From the NCBI GenBank assembly GCA_964615375.1, contig CAZTOW010000023.1, positions 43,866 through 107,865 of the forward strand: DNA of 64,000 bases. Reading direction: 5' to 3'. This document shows, piece by piece, positions 46,459 through 56,800 of this stretch; positions within the stretch are counted from its first letter, which is position 1; the number at the start of each line of letters is the position of its first letter. The notes below the pieces were generated by a model. That model was given only the letters and a program-made list of their open reading frames with translations. It did not search any database and had not been told where the DNA came from. The stretch is from an uncultured Enterobacterales bacterium. GTDB taxonomy: Bacteria > Myxococcota_A > UBA796 > CAZKWG01. Made by a program: the position numbers and the translations under genes.

Positions 46459-47469
46459 ATGCGCCTCGACCACGTCGTCCACGCCGCCCTCTTCTCCAGC
46501 CTGGGCACGCTCGGTGCGGGGTGTGCGTTCTGCCCCCCGCGGGACGTGGACGAGGATTTCGACGAGCGCCGGTCGATCTCGCAGATGGACGTGGACTCCT
46601 ATGTGGCCCTCCACGGAGCGCCGCCATCGAGCTGCGAGGAGCTGTGTGAGCTGGCCTTGGAACGGATCTTCTACGATGACATCGAGGAGCTGGACGTCCG
46701 CTCCTGCGCCACGGACATCGAGCTTCCCCTGGAGACAGGCTCCGACACGGGCGACACGGCGACGGCTCCTGACCAGGGTGAGCTCGGGGAGGTCCACTGC
46801 GCTGGCCACATCGTCGGTGTCTACGCTCCCCATTGCAAGGGCCGCCGGCCCCTCGGCCACCGCGCGCGGCGCTCCGCGGGCGCCGACGAAGCCGGCCTCG
46901 CGCTGGCGGAGATCGCGACCCTGGAGGGCGCGTCCGTCCTGGCCTTCGAGGAGCTGGCAGGGTGGCTCGCCGCGCGGGGGGCTCCCGACGACCTCATCGC
47001 GCGTTGCCGTGCCGCCGCGGTCGACGAGCGCCGCCACGCCCGAATCTTCGTGGCGCACGCGCGCGCGCAGGGCGGAAGGCCGGCGCGGCCCGTGCGAGAT
47101 CCAGTGGAGGTGGATCTGCTGGGCGTGGCCCTCCACAACGCCGTCGAGGGATGCGTCCACGAGAGCTGGGCTGCGGTGGAGGCCCACTGGCAGGCCGTCC
47201 ACGCGGAGCCCGAGCTGCGTCCGGCCTTCGCTCGGGTCGCCGCGGACGAGACTCGGCACGGCCAGCTCGCCTGGGATCTGCAGGCCTGGCTCCTGAGCGG
47301 CCTGAGCGAGGAGCAGCGCGCGACGGTGCTCGCCGCGCAGGGGCGCGCCCTCGACGCGCTCCCCGGCGCCGTCGGGCTCCGGTCCGGGCAGCTCGGCGAG
47401 CCCGCGGGCGGCTCGGGCCGGGCGCTCGCTGAGCGCTTCGTGGCGGGGATCAGATGTGAACAGATGTAG
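46459..47469 (+). CDS. Lipoprotein with a C-terminal ferritin-like (di-iron ExxH) domain
   Basis: ATG 46459, lipobox LGTLGAGC. Paired ExxH motifs VDERRHARIF and ADETRHGQLAW, with additional Glu residues (LAFEEL, VEGCVHESW). Confidence 0.7.
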   Translation: MRLDHVVHAALFSSLGTLGAGCAFCPPRDVDEDFDERRSISQMDVDSYVALHGAPPSSCEELCELALERIFYDDIEELDVRSCATDIELPLETGSDTGDTATAPDQGELGEVHCAGHIVGVYAPHCKGRRPLGHRARRSAGADEAGLALAEIATLEGASVLAFEELAGWLAARGAPDDLIARCRAAAVDERRHARIFVAHARAQGGRPARPVRDPVEVDLLGVALHNAVEGCVHESWAAVEAHWQAVHAEPELRPAFARVAADETRHGQLAWDLQAWLLSGLSEEQRATVLAAQGRALDALPGAVGLRSGQLGEPAGGSGRALAERFVAGIRCEQM

Positions 47470-47565
47470 TCTATCTGTGATTCATGCGGATAATAGATGA
47501 GCACTTCGCGCCCCGCGGTCGAGGTTCGGATTCCGGAGCTGAATAATTCGAGGTAATATCCGGCG

Positions 47566-47603
47566 AATCAAACAAAATATATAAATATATTAAATTGTAA
47601 TTG
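47566..47603. promoter_or_regulatory. Extreme AT-rich patch containing the palindrome AATATAT-AA-ATATATT
   Basis: AATCAAACAAAATATATAAATATATTAAATTGTAATT sits in otherwise ~70% GC DNA. The palindrome is at 47576-47591, 150-190 nt upstream of the gene starting at 47753. Confidence 0.4.
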
Positions 47604-47752
47604 CCGATCGGTTGCAATCTCGTCCTGCTGGTATACGCTCTCGGTGTGGGTCAGATTCCCGGGGGACACGAACAGATCCCCGGCGGCCCACCGGGCGGCG
47701 TGCGTCGGCACGGCGCCCCGAGCTCGCGTCTCACCCCCGAAGGAGGTCCACC

Positions 47753-48811
47753 ATGCCTCGTCTTCCCTCGCTCGCCATCGCGCTGATCGTCGGCCTCTCC
47801 AGCGGCGCTCAGGCCGCGCCCATCGCGCCCACCCCGTTCTCGGGGTTCGGGTACGACGTGAACTACTGTGACCTGAACGGTCTGTGGAACGAGTACGCGG
47901 ACAACACCTTCCCCGGAGCGGGCCTGGACTGGTACAGCACGCCCATCTCCGCCCCCGGCAACCCCTGGCAGCAGGTCAGCATCGCCGCGAGCTCCGGGAA
48001 CTGGGAGCGCAACGGCAACGAGTGCTCCTTCGGCTGGACGACCTTCCCCTGGGACGCCCTGACCCTGGACACCTACGGGCCGATCACGCCGATCACCTAC
48101 ACCCCGCAGGGCGGATTCGTGGGCGAGGACGGATCGTCCACGCTCTGGCGGGCCGGCGATCTGCGCGTCTACAAGCACGAGTACTGGGGGGCGGCCGATC
48201 GCGGCGACTACAGCGATGGCCTCGCGCTGAGCAGCGACAGCCAGTCCCTCATCATCGACATCACGATCACGAACATGGGCTGCGAGGACCAGAAGGTCTA
48301 CTTCATGCACGGCGTGGACCCTGACCAGGACGTCTCCTCGGCGGGGGAGTACCGCACCTGCAACGACACCACGCCGTCGGGCAACTTCGTGTTCAGCGAG
48401 GGTCTGAGGACGGGCATCGTGACCGCCTATGGCCGCTGCGACGAGGCCAATGACCGGCTGGGCCACACGGTGTGGAGCACGGACGCGACCGGCGCCTTCT
48501 TCAACGACGAGGGCTACACCTACAACGACTACACGCAGCACATCAACCACTTCGCCGTGGTGCCGGCCCTGGACAGCGTGACCTTCACCTTCATCTTCGT
48601 GACGGCGGTGACCAAGGAGGACGCGCTGAAGCGCTACTACGCGACCCGCGAGGAGGTCTGCTGCGACCCGGACTGGGACGACTACGAGCGCGACCGGAAG
48701 TACCTGGCGGGCCTGGGCGAGTGCCGGTCCGCCACGGACACGGGGGCCACCGCGTCGAAGGCCGCCGCGGGCTGGCTCTCTCCGAACGAGGAGAGTGACA
48801 GCACGCGCTGA
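47753..48811 (+). CDS. Secreted hypothetical protein
   Basis: Strong RBS AGGAGG 7 nt upstream of ATG 47753. Signal peptide MPRLPSLAIALIVGLSSGAQA. Trp/Tyr/Asp-rich mature protein; no family recognised. Confidence 0.75.
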   Translation: MPRLPSLAIALIVGLSSGAQAAPIAPTPFSGFGYDVNYCDLNGLWNEYADNTFPGAGLDWYSTPISAPGNPWQQVSIAASSGNWERNGNECSFGWTTFPWDALTLDTYGPITPITYTPQGGFVGEDGSSTLWRAGDLRVYKHEYWGAADRGDYSDGLALSSDSQSLIIDITITNMGCEDQKVYFMHGVDPDQDVSSAGEYRTCNDTTPSGNFVFSEGLRTGIVTAYGRCDEANDRLGHTVWSTDATGAFFNDEGYTYNDYTQHINHFAVVPALDSVTFTFIFVTAVTKEDALKRYYATREEVCCDPDWDDYERDRKYLAGLGECRSATDTGATASKAAAGWLSPNEESDSTR

Positions 48812-49160
48812 GCGTTGGAGGGGCTCGGGCAGCGTCGTGCTGAGGGCGCTGCTCGAGCCTTCTCGTTGAGGGGTGGGGCTGGTGGCCTCAGTCTGGGGAG
48901 CCAGCTCTGCTTCTCCAGGCGGAGTCGACGCGAGCGTGGGAGTGGCGGGACGAGGTCTCATCGCCGCGCGTGAAGGAAGAGGAGAATGCGAGTGTCACCT
49001 GCCCCGTGAATGGGAGAAGAGGCAGTATAAAGGGCTCCCTTTTGTGATTGACAAACAGCGTTACGGCTGCCCAGGCGCCCGTCTGCATAATCTGGCAATG
49101 CGATTGACAATCTATGCAGGCCACGTAGAAGTATCCTTCTATGGCCAGTTTTCCACGACA

Positions 49161-51446
49161 CTAAAAGCTCTGCTCGAACCGCAGCACCAGCCGTGGCGCT
49201 CCGCCCAGCAGCGACCGGCTCCCCCACAGCGGCTGCGCGGCCCACACGCCCATGAGCGTGGGGCGCGCGCCCAGGATGTCCCAGACGGTGGCGACGCCGG
49301 CGGTCCAGCCGGCGGCCTGGAGGGGGTCGGGCTCGGCGCGGAGCCAGCCGCCCTCCAGCCCCGCGGAGAGCTGGACGTCGGAGAGCCAGGCGACGCCGGC
49401 GGGGAAGCTGCGGTTCTTGAGCGCGAGCCAGCGCAGCTCGAGCTCGCCGCCGGCCTGCCGGTCGCCCAGCGCGACCCCCGGCTCCAGCCCGGCGAGGCCG
49501 AGCCCGAGCTGGCGGTGGGGCAGCAGGCTCTCCGCCGCCCCCGCCCCGCCGCGCGTCGCCAGCACGAGGCGGCCCCCCACGGGCAGGAGGCCGGTGGCGC
49601 CCGCGCCGATGGAGCGCCAGGCGAAGCTGTCCCCGCTGAGCCCCGCCCCGCCGCTGAGCCTCAGCCGCAGGCCGTGGCGCGGCAGCAGCAGGTCGTCCCG
49701 GGTCTCGTAGACCGCCCAGAGGAGCCCGTCCCAGACCAGGGCCCCCGCGTCGGTGGAGCTGTACTCCGGGTCCAGCAGGGAGGGGCCGAAGGCTACGCCC
49801 AGGCGAAACGGGCGGGCGCGCCGGTCCAGGAGCGGGCCCCAGTAGGTGAGCGCGTAGGCCTGCACGCTGGCGAGGTCGCGCGCGTCGGTCTCGGCCGAGA
49901 CGCCCCACAGCCAGCGCGTGTTGTACTGCTGGCGGAAGGTGAGGTCGGCGAAGCCCGAGATCCTCCCGGAGTTGAGGTCGAGCTCATAGATCCACGCGCT
50001 GACGATGGTGCCCCAGCGGGCGGGCCAGGTGTCGCCGCGGACGCTCTCCTGGTGGGCCAGGCCCTGGGGGTCGAGGGCGACCCGGTTGGGGCGCACGGGC
50101 CAGCGCCAGGTGTGGCGGGAGGGGCCGGGGGGCGCGTCCCAGGAGAGCCGCGCGCCGTCCACCTCCAGCACGACCAGCTCGGGGGGCGCGTCGGCCGGGG
50201 CCTCCCGGGTCACCTCGAGGATCGTGGAGCCGTCCTCCTCGTCGGGGTGCACCGTGAGCTTCAGGTCCTGGTCAGGGCAGGGTGCCTCCCAGGCCAGGAG
50301 ATCCGAGGCGGGGACGCCGTTCTGCTCGGCGGCCTCGGCCAGCGTGCTCCCCTGGACCAGGGCCTCGGCCAGGGCGAGGGCGCGCTCCTCGCCCACCCGC
50401 GCCTCGATCTTGCGCGCGGCGGCGGCGGGCGGCCCGCGGGGGACCAGGATCTCCAGGAGATCGTCCTCCACCGGATCGCCCGGGTGGGACTCGTCGAAGA
50501 GCTCGGAGTAGTAGGGCAGGTTCCCGTCGTAGAGCAGCTCGTCGATCTGCGGGATCCAGGCGAACCAGCCCAGGAGCTCGCGGGGGTTGGCCTCGGTGCG
50601 GCGCGCGTCGGAGAGGATGTCGGCGGCGATGGCGCGGGCCCAGGGGTCGTCCACTGGGAGCGTGGCCTCCAGCATGGCCTGGCGGGTGGCGGCGGCATGC
50701 AGGCGCCAGAGCCCGTCGGTGAGGCGCAGCGCGTGGTCGGAGAGGAAGAGCTGGTCGGGCCCGGCGCGGTAGAGGCGCCGGTACATGGGCGTCTCCACGA
50801 CGACGAGCTGGGCGGCCTCGGAGAGCGGCCAGGCCTCCTCGAAGAGCTCGCCCAGGCGCTCCTCCCAGCGGCGGCGGCGCGGACCGGTCTCCAGGATGAC
50901 CAGCTCGCCCACGGGGAGGGGCTGGCGCACGACGTGGCCCCGCGGCAGCACGGCCAGGGAGAGGCGCTCGGAGCGCCCGGTCCAGCGGAGCTCGTCGCGG
51001 CCGACGGTGCCGTTGAGCGCCCCCAGCGCCCCGGGCGGGAGTGTGAGCACCACGTCCCAGTCCACCGGGACCAGCGCCCCGCCGCGCAGGGGCTGAGGGT
51101 GCCAGAGCCCGTTCAGGAAGAGCCCGCGCCCGGGGACCAGCCCGGCGGCCCCGTAGCGGCGGGGGATGATCGCCGTGAAACGCCAGGTCTCCGGGTCCTC
51201 GGGCGAGCGCTCCAGGTGCAGGCTGCCGCGCTCCGGGCGGGCGGGCCAGGTGCGCCGCGCCGACAGGTCGTCGTCGGGCATGGGCAGGCGGGAGAGCGCC
51301 TCGGTCCAGCCCAGCCCCGGCCCGCGCACGGTGCCCTCGATGAGGCCGAGGCTCGGGTCCACCGTGGCCCGCAGCACGACCTCCTCCGCCCAGGCGCCGC
51401 GGCCGAGCAGGAGGATCAGGGCCGTGAGGAGCGGGAGCAGACTCAG
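49161..51446 (-). CDS. Large outer-membrane protein candidate (C-terminal beta-barrel ending in Phe); start codon unresolved
   Basis: The C-terminal ~300 aa are Gly/aromatic-rich with alternating pattern and end ...LVLRFEQSF. The first canonical start (GTG 51377) lacks a signal peptide. The 23 in-frame codons upstream encode LSLLPLLTALILLLGRGAWA-EE but contain only CTG candidates (51446, 51440). Confidence 0.6.
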   Translation of the reverse strand: MSLLPLLTALILLLGRGAWAEEVVLRATVDPSLGLIEGTVRGPGLGWTEALSRLPMPDDDLSARRTWPARPERGSLHLERSPEDPETWRFTAIIPRRYGAAGLVPGRGLFLNGLWHPQPLRGGALVPVDWDVVLTLPPGALGALNGTVGRDELRWTGRSERLSLAVLPRGHVVRQPLPVGELVILETGPRRRRWEERLGELFEEAWPLSEAAQLVVVETPMYRRLYRAGPDQLFLSDHALRLTDGLWRLHAAATRQAMLEATLPVDDPWARAIAADILSDARRTEANPRELLGWFAWIPQIDELLYDGNLPYYSELFDESHPGDPVEDDLLEILVPRGPPAAAARKIEARVGEERALALAEALVQGSTLAEAAEQNGVPASDLLAWEAPCPDQDLKLTVHPDEEDGSTILEVTREAPADAPPELVVLEVDGARLSWDAPPGPSRHTWRWPVRPNRVALDPQGLAHQESVRGDTWPARWGTIVSAWIYELDLNSGRISGFADLTFRQQYNTRWLWGVSAETDARDLASVQAYALTYWGPLLDRRARPFRLGVAFGPSLLDPEYSSTDAGALVWDGLLWAVYETRDDLLLPRHGLRLRLSGGAGLSGDSFAWRSIGAGATGLLPVGGRLVLATRGGAGAAESLLPHRQLGLGLAGLEPGVALGDRQAGGELELRWLALKNRSFPAGVAWLSDVQLSAGLEGGWLRAEPDPLQAAGWTAGVATVWDILGARPTLMGVWAAQPLWGSRSLLGGAPRLVLRFEQSF

Positions 51447-52306
51447 TAGGCGACGCCCAGCGCGAACGAGGTCGTGGGCAGCATCCCCGGCGTCCAGGCC
51501 CCGCCCAGCCGCGCGTAGACGTCGTTGCTCTGCACCTGGATGCCGAGGCTCATCGCCAGCTTCGTCCAGCCCTCGTCGCAGACCTCAGCCCCGTCGTCGT
51601 TCTGGAAGCAGGGCTCCGAGTGGATGCCCAGCGAGTCCTGCTCGAAGTCGGAGAGTCGCAGGGTGGAGCTGACCCGGTTCATGCCCACGCCCAGGAAGGG
51701 CGAGAAGGTCCCGTGGTTGATCCCCGCGAGCTGGCTGATGCCGAGCGTGTACCCGATGGTGGCGGAGGCGTCCATCACGCCCACCTGCAGCTCGTCGTTG
51801 CCCACGTACTTCGTGTAGCCCAGCTGGATGGCCAGATCCGGCGCGTAGCTGCGGTAGCCCTCGATCAGCGCCCAGCGGCCGTAGCCGCCCACCACCGTCT
51901 GGCGGGAGAAGGCCAGATAGCCCACGCTGCCGCCCACCTCCAGCGAGAACGGCAGGCCCTTGCGCACGTTCAGGCTGGGCACCCAGATGACCCGCGTGGG
52001 GTCGCCGTCGGTGCTGACGCGCTGCCAGGACGTCGGGTCGTCCGCGTCATAGGCGCGGATGAAGGTCGCGTTGTTGGTGAGGCCGACATCGAAGCCCGTG
52101 ACCCCGAGCGTCTCCGCGGGCAGCAGCGCCTTGTTGGCGATGGCCACGCCGAGCGTCTTGACCACCTCCTGATAGGCGCCGCTGGTCAGCTCGGTGTCGG
52201 AGACGGCCTCGCCGTCCCATGTGCCGAGCTGGCTGATGGTGATGTCGTCCAGGTCGCCCGCGAGAGCGGTGCTCGACCAGAGCAGGGCGAGCGTGAACAC
52301 GCGCAT
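51443..52306 (-). CDS. Outer-membrane beta-barrel protein (porin-like), hypothetical
   Basis: ATG 52306 gives the signal peptide MRVFTLALLWSSTALA. Alternating beta-strand pattern and a C-terminal ...SFALGVAY aromatic end. Confidence 0.7.
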   Translation of the reverse strand: MRVFTLALLWSSTALAGDLDDITISQLGTWDGEAVSDTELTSGAYQEVVKTLGVAIANKALLPAETLGVTGFDVGLTNNATFIRAYDADDPTSWQRVSTDGDPTRVIWVPSLNVRKGLPFSLEVGGSVGYLAFSRQTVVGGYGRWALIEGYRSYAPDLAIQLGYTKYVGNDELQVGVMDASATIGYTLGISQLAGINHGTFSPFLGVGMNRVSSTLRLSDFEQDSLGIHSEPCFQNDDGAEVCDEGWTKLAMSLGIQVQSNDVYARLGGAWTPGMLPTTSFALGVAY

Positions 52307-52370
52307 CGAGAACCTCTCCTGTGGACGAATGCTATACGGCGACGGGCATTCGGACAAGGGCGCCGGGCGC

Positions 52371-53357
52371 CTATCCGCCGATCCCGGTCATCACGCCCTG
52401 AAAGACGGTGCCGCCCTCCACCTGGCAGTCGTGCCCGGATGGCTTGCCATAGACCATGAGCCGGACGGCGCGGGCGAGCTCCTCGTCGGAGGCGCCGCCG
52501 CGGAGGAGGTCGCGGAGCGAGGGGGTGTCCTCGTGCGCGAGGCAGGTGCGCAGGTGGCCGTCGGCCATGAGGCGCAGGCGGTTGCAGGTGGCGCAGAAGT
52601 GCTCGGACAGGGGCGCGATGAAGCCCACCTGGAGCCCGCTCTCGGCGATGCGCCAGTAGCGCGCTGGCCCCATGCCCACGGTGGAGCGGTCCGGGATCAG
52701 CGTGTAGCGCTCCTCCAGCCGGGCGCGGAGCTCGCGGGAGGGCACGCTCTGGTGCCAGCGCTCCTCGAACGGCATGTACTCGATGAAGCGCAGCACGGTG
52801 TCGCGCGCGTGCTGGGCGCTCCACTGCACGAGCTCGTCGAGCTCGTCGTCGTTCTCGCCGCGCAGGACGACGACGTTGAGCTTGATGGGCGTGAGCCCGA
52901 CCTCCCGGCAGCGCTCGATCCCGGCCAGCACGCGCGCCAGGTCACCCCCGCGGGTGATGCGCGCGAAGCGCTCCGGCCGCAGCGAGTCGATGGAGATGTT
53001 GACCCGGGTGAGCCCCGCCTCCTTGAGCCGCGGGGCCAGGGCGGCGAGCGTGTGGCCGTTCGTGGTGATCGCGATGTCGCGGAGCCCGAGCCCGCTGAGC
53101 CCGGACACCAGCCGCACGAGGTCCCGGCGCACGGTGGGCTCGCCCCCGGTCAGCCGCACGCGCTCCAGGCCCATCTCCACGAAGACCGACACGATGCGCA
53201 CGATCTCCTCGTAGCGCAGCAGCTCGGCCCGCGGCGTCCAGACCATGCCCTCTTCCGGCAGGCAGTACACGCACCGGTAGTTGCAGCGGTCGGTGACGCT
53301 GATCCGGAGGTAGGTGTGGACGCGCCCGTAGCCGTCCGTCAGCGGGATGTGGCCCAT
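52371..53357 (-). CDS. moaA: GTP 3',8-cyclase (molybdenum cofactor biosynthesis protein A)
   Basis: YLRISVTDRCNYRCVYCLP radical-SAM CxxxCxxC, LTGGEPT, and the C-terminal CATCNRLRLMADGHLRTC second cluster motif. Confidence 0.95.
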   Translation of the reverse strand: MGHIPLTDGYGRVHTYLRISVTDRCNYRCVYCLPEEGMVWTPRAELLRYEEIVRIVSVFVEMGLERVRLTGGEPTVRRDLVRLVSGLSGLGLRDIAITTNGHTLAALAPRLKEAGLTRVNISIDSLRPERFARITRGGDLARVLAGIERCREVGLTPIKLNVVVLRGENDDELDELVQWSAQHARDTVLRFIEYMPFEERWHQSVPSRELRARLEERYTLIPDRSTVGMGPARYWRIAESGLQVGFIAPLSEHFCATCNRLRLMADGHLRTCLAHEDTPSLRDLLRGGASDEELARAVRLMVYGKPSGHDCQVEGGTVFQGVMTGIGG

Positions 53358-53387
53358 GAGCCCTTCTAGCCCGACCGAGGAGCCCCG

Positions 53388-54566
<1,179 letters not shown>

Positions 54567-54619
54567 GGCGGTGCTCCGATGGAGCTTCGCTCTAACCGAC
54601 CCAGGCGCCCCGAGAAGGG

Positions 54620-56791
54620 TCAAGCCTCCGCGCGGCTGCGCACGGCGCGGAGCATGGTGCGGCGCACGGCGATGGCGAAGCGCTCGCCGGTGAACGGCTT
54701 CTCCAGGCGGCCCCAGGCGGGGTCGAGGGCGGGCTCGTTCTCGGGGATGAAGCCGCTGACCACGAGGACGGCGAGGCTGGGGCGGCGGGCGATGAGCGTG
54801 CGGGCGAGCTCGATGCCGGAGCGCCCGGGGAGCATGACGTCGGTGACCAGGAGATCGAAGGCCCCGCCGGCCTCGTCGAAGGCGCGCTCGGCGTCCTCGG
54901 CGGCGCCCACGGCCACGACCTCGCAGCCGCGGGTGGTCAGCTCGGCGCGCATGTGCTCCCGGACGTCGGGGTCGTCGTCCACCAGCAGCGTGCGGGCCGT
55001 GACGCGGCTGCTGCCCGTGGACAGCGTGCCCGTGTTCTCCGCGGGCGGGAGCAGGATCTCGAAGCGCGCGCCGCGCCCGGTCCGCGCCGCGCCCACCTCC
55101 GCCGCCCCGCCGTGCTCGCGCGCCACCCGGGCCACCACGCTCAGCCCGAGCCCGGTGCCACGCCCGGGGCTCTTGGTGGTGAAGAAGGGCTCCCAGATGC
55201 GCTTGACCAGGGCCGGGCTCACGCCGGGGCCGTCGTCCTCCACCACGAGGCTGGCGCCGCCGGAGTAGGGGCCGCTCACCACCCGGCTGGCCTGGAGCCG
55301 GATCACGCCGCCCTCGGGCATGGCGTCGCGCGCGTTCAACAGGAGGTTGAGGAGCGCGTGCTCGAGCTCGCTGGGGTTGCCCAGCACCCGCGGCAGATCC
55401 GCGGCCACCTCCACCTCCAGGTTGATCTCCGGGGGCAGCATGGAGCGCACGAGGTCCACCGCGCTGCTGATGGTCTCGTCCAGCAGCATGGGCGAGCGCT
55501 CGGTCTCCCCGCCGCGCACCGCGCTGACCAGGCGCCGCGTCATCACGGAGGCGCGCCGGATCACGGCCTCCATGCGGTCCAGGCGGCGGCCGGTCGCCTC
55601 GTCGGCGCGGGCGCGCAGCAGCTCGACGTTGCCCAGCAGCGCGCCCATGGCGTTGTTGAAGTCGTGGGCGATCCCGCCGGCCAGGATGGCGGCGGTCTCG
55701 GCGCGGGCGGCCTCAATCAGGCTGGCCTCGAGCTGGCGGCGCGAGGTGATGTCGCGCATGACCAGCAGCGTGCGCTCCTCGGGGAGCGAGGAGGCGAGGC
55801 TCTCGACGTGGAGCGTGCGGCCGGGCTTGGGCTCGATGCGCATCTCGGCGCGGCGGCTGCGCTCGGCGCTCTCCAGGTGCTGGGCGGCCTGGGCGCGGTC
55901 CTCGGCGACCACGAGCGAGAGCAGGTCCAGGCGCTCCAGGGGGCGCTCCAGCAGAGCGAGGGCGGCGGGGTTGCCCACCTGGACGTGGCCGTCGCGTCCC
56001 ACCACCAGGATGGCGTCGCGGCCCTGCTCGATGACCTCCTCGTACCACTCGGAGGTCTCCACGAGCTGCAGCGTGAGCGCCAGGGTGATGGAGATGGCGT
56101 AGACCATCAGCCCGCCCGTGATCAGCGCGCCGCCCTGGAAGCCCGGCCGGAAGAGGTCGATCAGCACCGTCACCGAGAACATCGCCGTCGCCAGCGCCAC
56201 GGCCCCGATGGAGGGGACGTTGTCGCGCAGCCCGCGGTAGTAGAGCCGCCCGGCGACCAGGATGGCCAGCACCGTCAGCGCCTGGTTCAGCGGCTCGAGC
56301 CAGGGCGTCTCCGCGAGCGGCAGCACCAGCGCCAGCAGCGCCGTGATCCCGCACATCGTCACCAGGGCCCGGACCTCGTGCCGCGCCTGTTGGCGGGCCA
56401 TGTGGGCGGTGAACAGGAGGCTGGCCCCGAGGGTGCTGGGGATGAGCACGCTCCACCAGGGCGCCAGGGCGGGGCTCGGCGCGTTGATGCTCAGCGGCAG
56501 CCCGCCCAGGTGCTGCACCTGCATCCCGAAGAGCGCCATGACGACGCCGAACCACAGGAAGTCTCGCCGCCGCGGGCGCAGGGCCGCCATCCCCGCCGTC
56601 AGCGCGCTGCACATCATCAGCGCCGTGATCAGCGTGCCCTGCTCGCGGGCCACGACGGCCTCGCCGTGCAGGGGAGCGGCGCCCCAGGGCATCCCGCGCA
56701 GGTTCCACAGCACCAGCACCACCGCCGTCCCCACGGTCAGCAGGGCCAGCACCTGGGCGAGACGGTCACCGTCGGGAGGCCGTGGGCGCAT
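54620..56791 (-). CDS. Hybrid sensor histidine kinase / response regulator with a multi-TM N-terminal sensor and a PAS domain
   Basis: About 7 N-terminal TM helices. H-box GGIAHDFNNAMGAL. N/G boxes LNLLLNARDAM and GTGLGLS. C-terminal receiver LLVDDDPDVRE...DLLVTDVMLPGRSG. Confidence 0.9.
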   Translation of the reverse strand: MRPRPPDGDRLAQVLALLTVGTAVVLVLWNLRGMPWGAAPLHGEAVVAREQGTLITALMMCSALTAGMAALRPRRRDFLWFGVVMALFGMQVQHLGGLPLSINAPSPALAPWWSVLIPSTLGASLLFTAHMARQQARHEVRALVTMCGITALLALVLPLAETPWLEPLNQALTVLAILVAGRLYYRGLRDNVPSIGAVALATAMFSVTVLIDLFRPGFQGGALITGGLMVYAISITLALTLQLVETSEWYEEVIEQGRDAILVVGRDGHVQVGNPAALALLERPLERLDLLSLVVAEDRAQAAQHLESAERSRRAEMRIEPKPGRTLHVESLASSLPEERTLLVMRDITSRRQLEASLIEAARAETAAILAGGIAHDFNNAMGALLGNVELLRARADEATGRRLDRMEAVIRRASVMTRRLVSAVRGGETERSPMLLDETISSAVDLVRSMLPPEINLEVEVAADLPRVLGNPSELEHALLNLLLNARDAMPEGGVIRLQASRVVSGPYSGGASLVVEDDGPGVSPALVKRIWEPFFTTKSPGRGTGLGLSVVARVAREHGGAAEVGAARTGRGARFEILLPPAENTGTLSTGSSRVTARTLLVDDDPDVREHMRAELTTRGCEVVAVGAAEDAERAFDEAGGAFDLLVTDVMLPGRSGIELARTLIARRPSLAVLVVSGFIPENEPALDPAWGRLEKPFTGERFAIAVRRTMLRAVRSRAEA

Positions 56792-56800
56792 CCCGCGAGT

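Noticed and set aside
48873-51449. 858-aa plus-strand ORF
   Set aside because: Antisense shadow of the outer-membrane protein gene 49161-51446.
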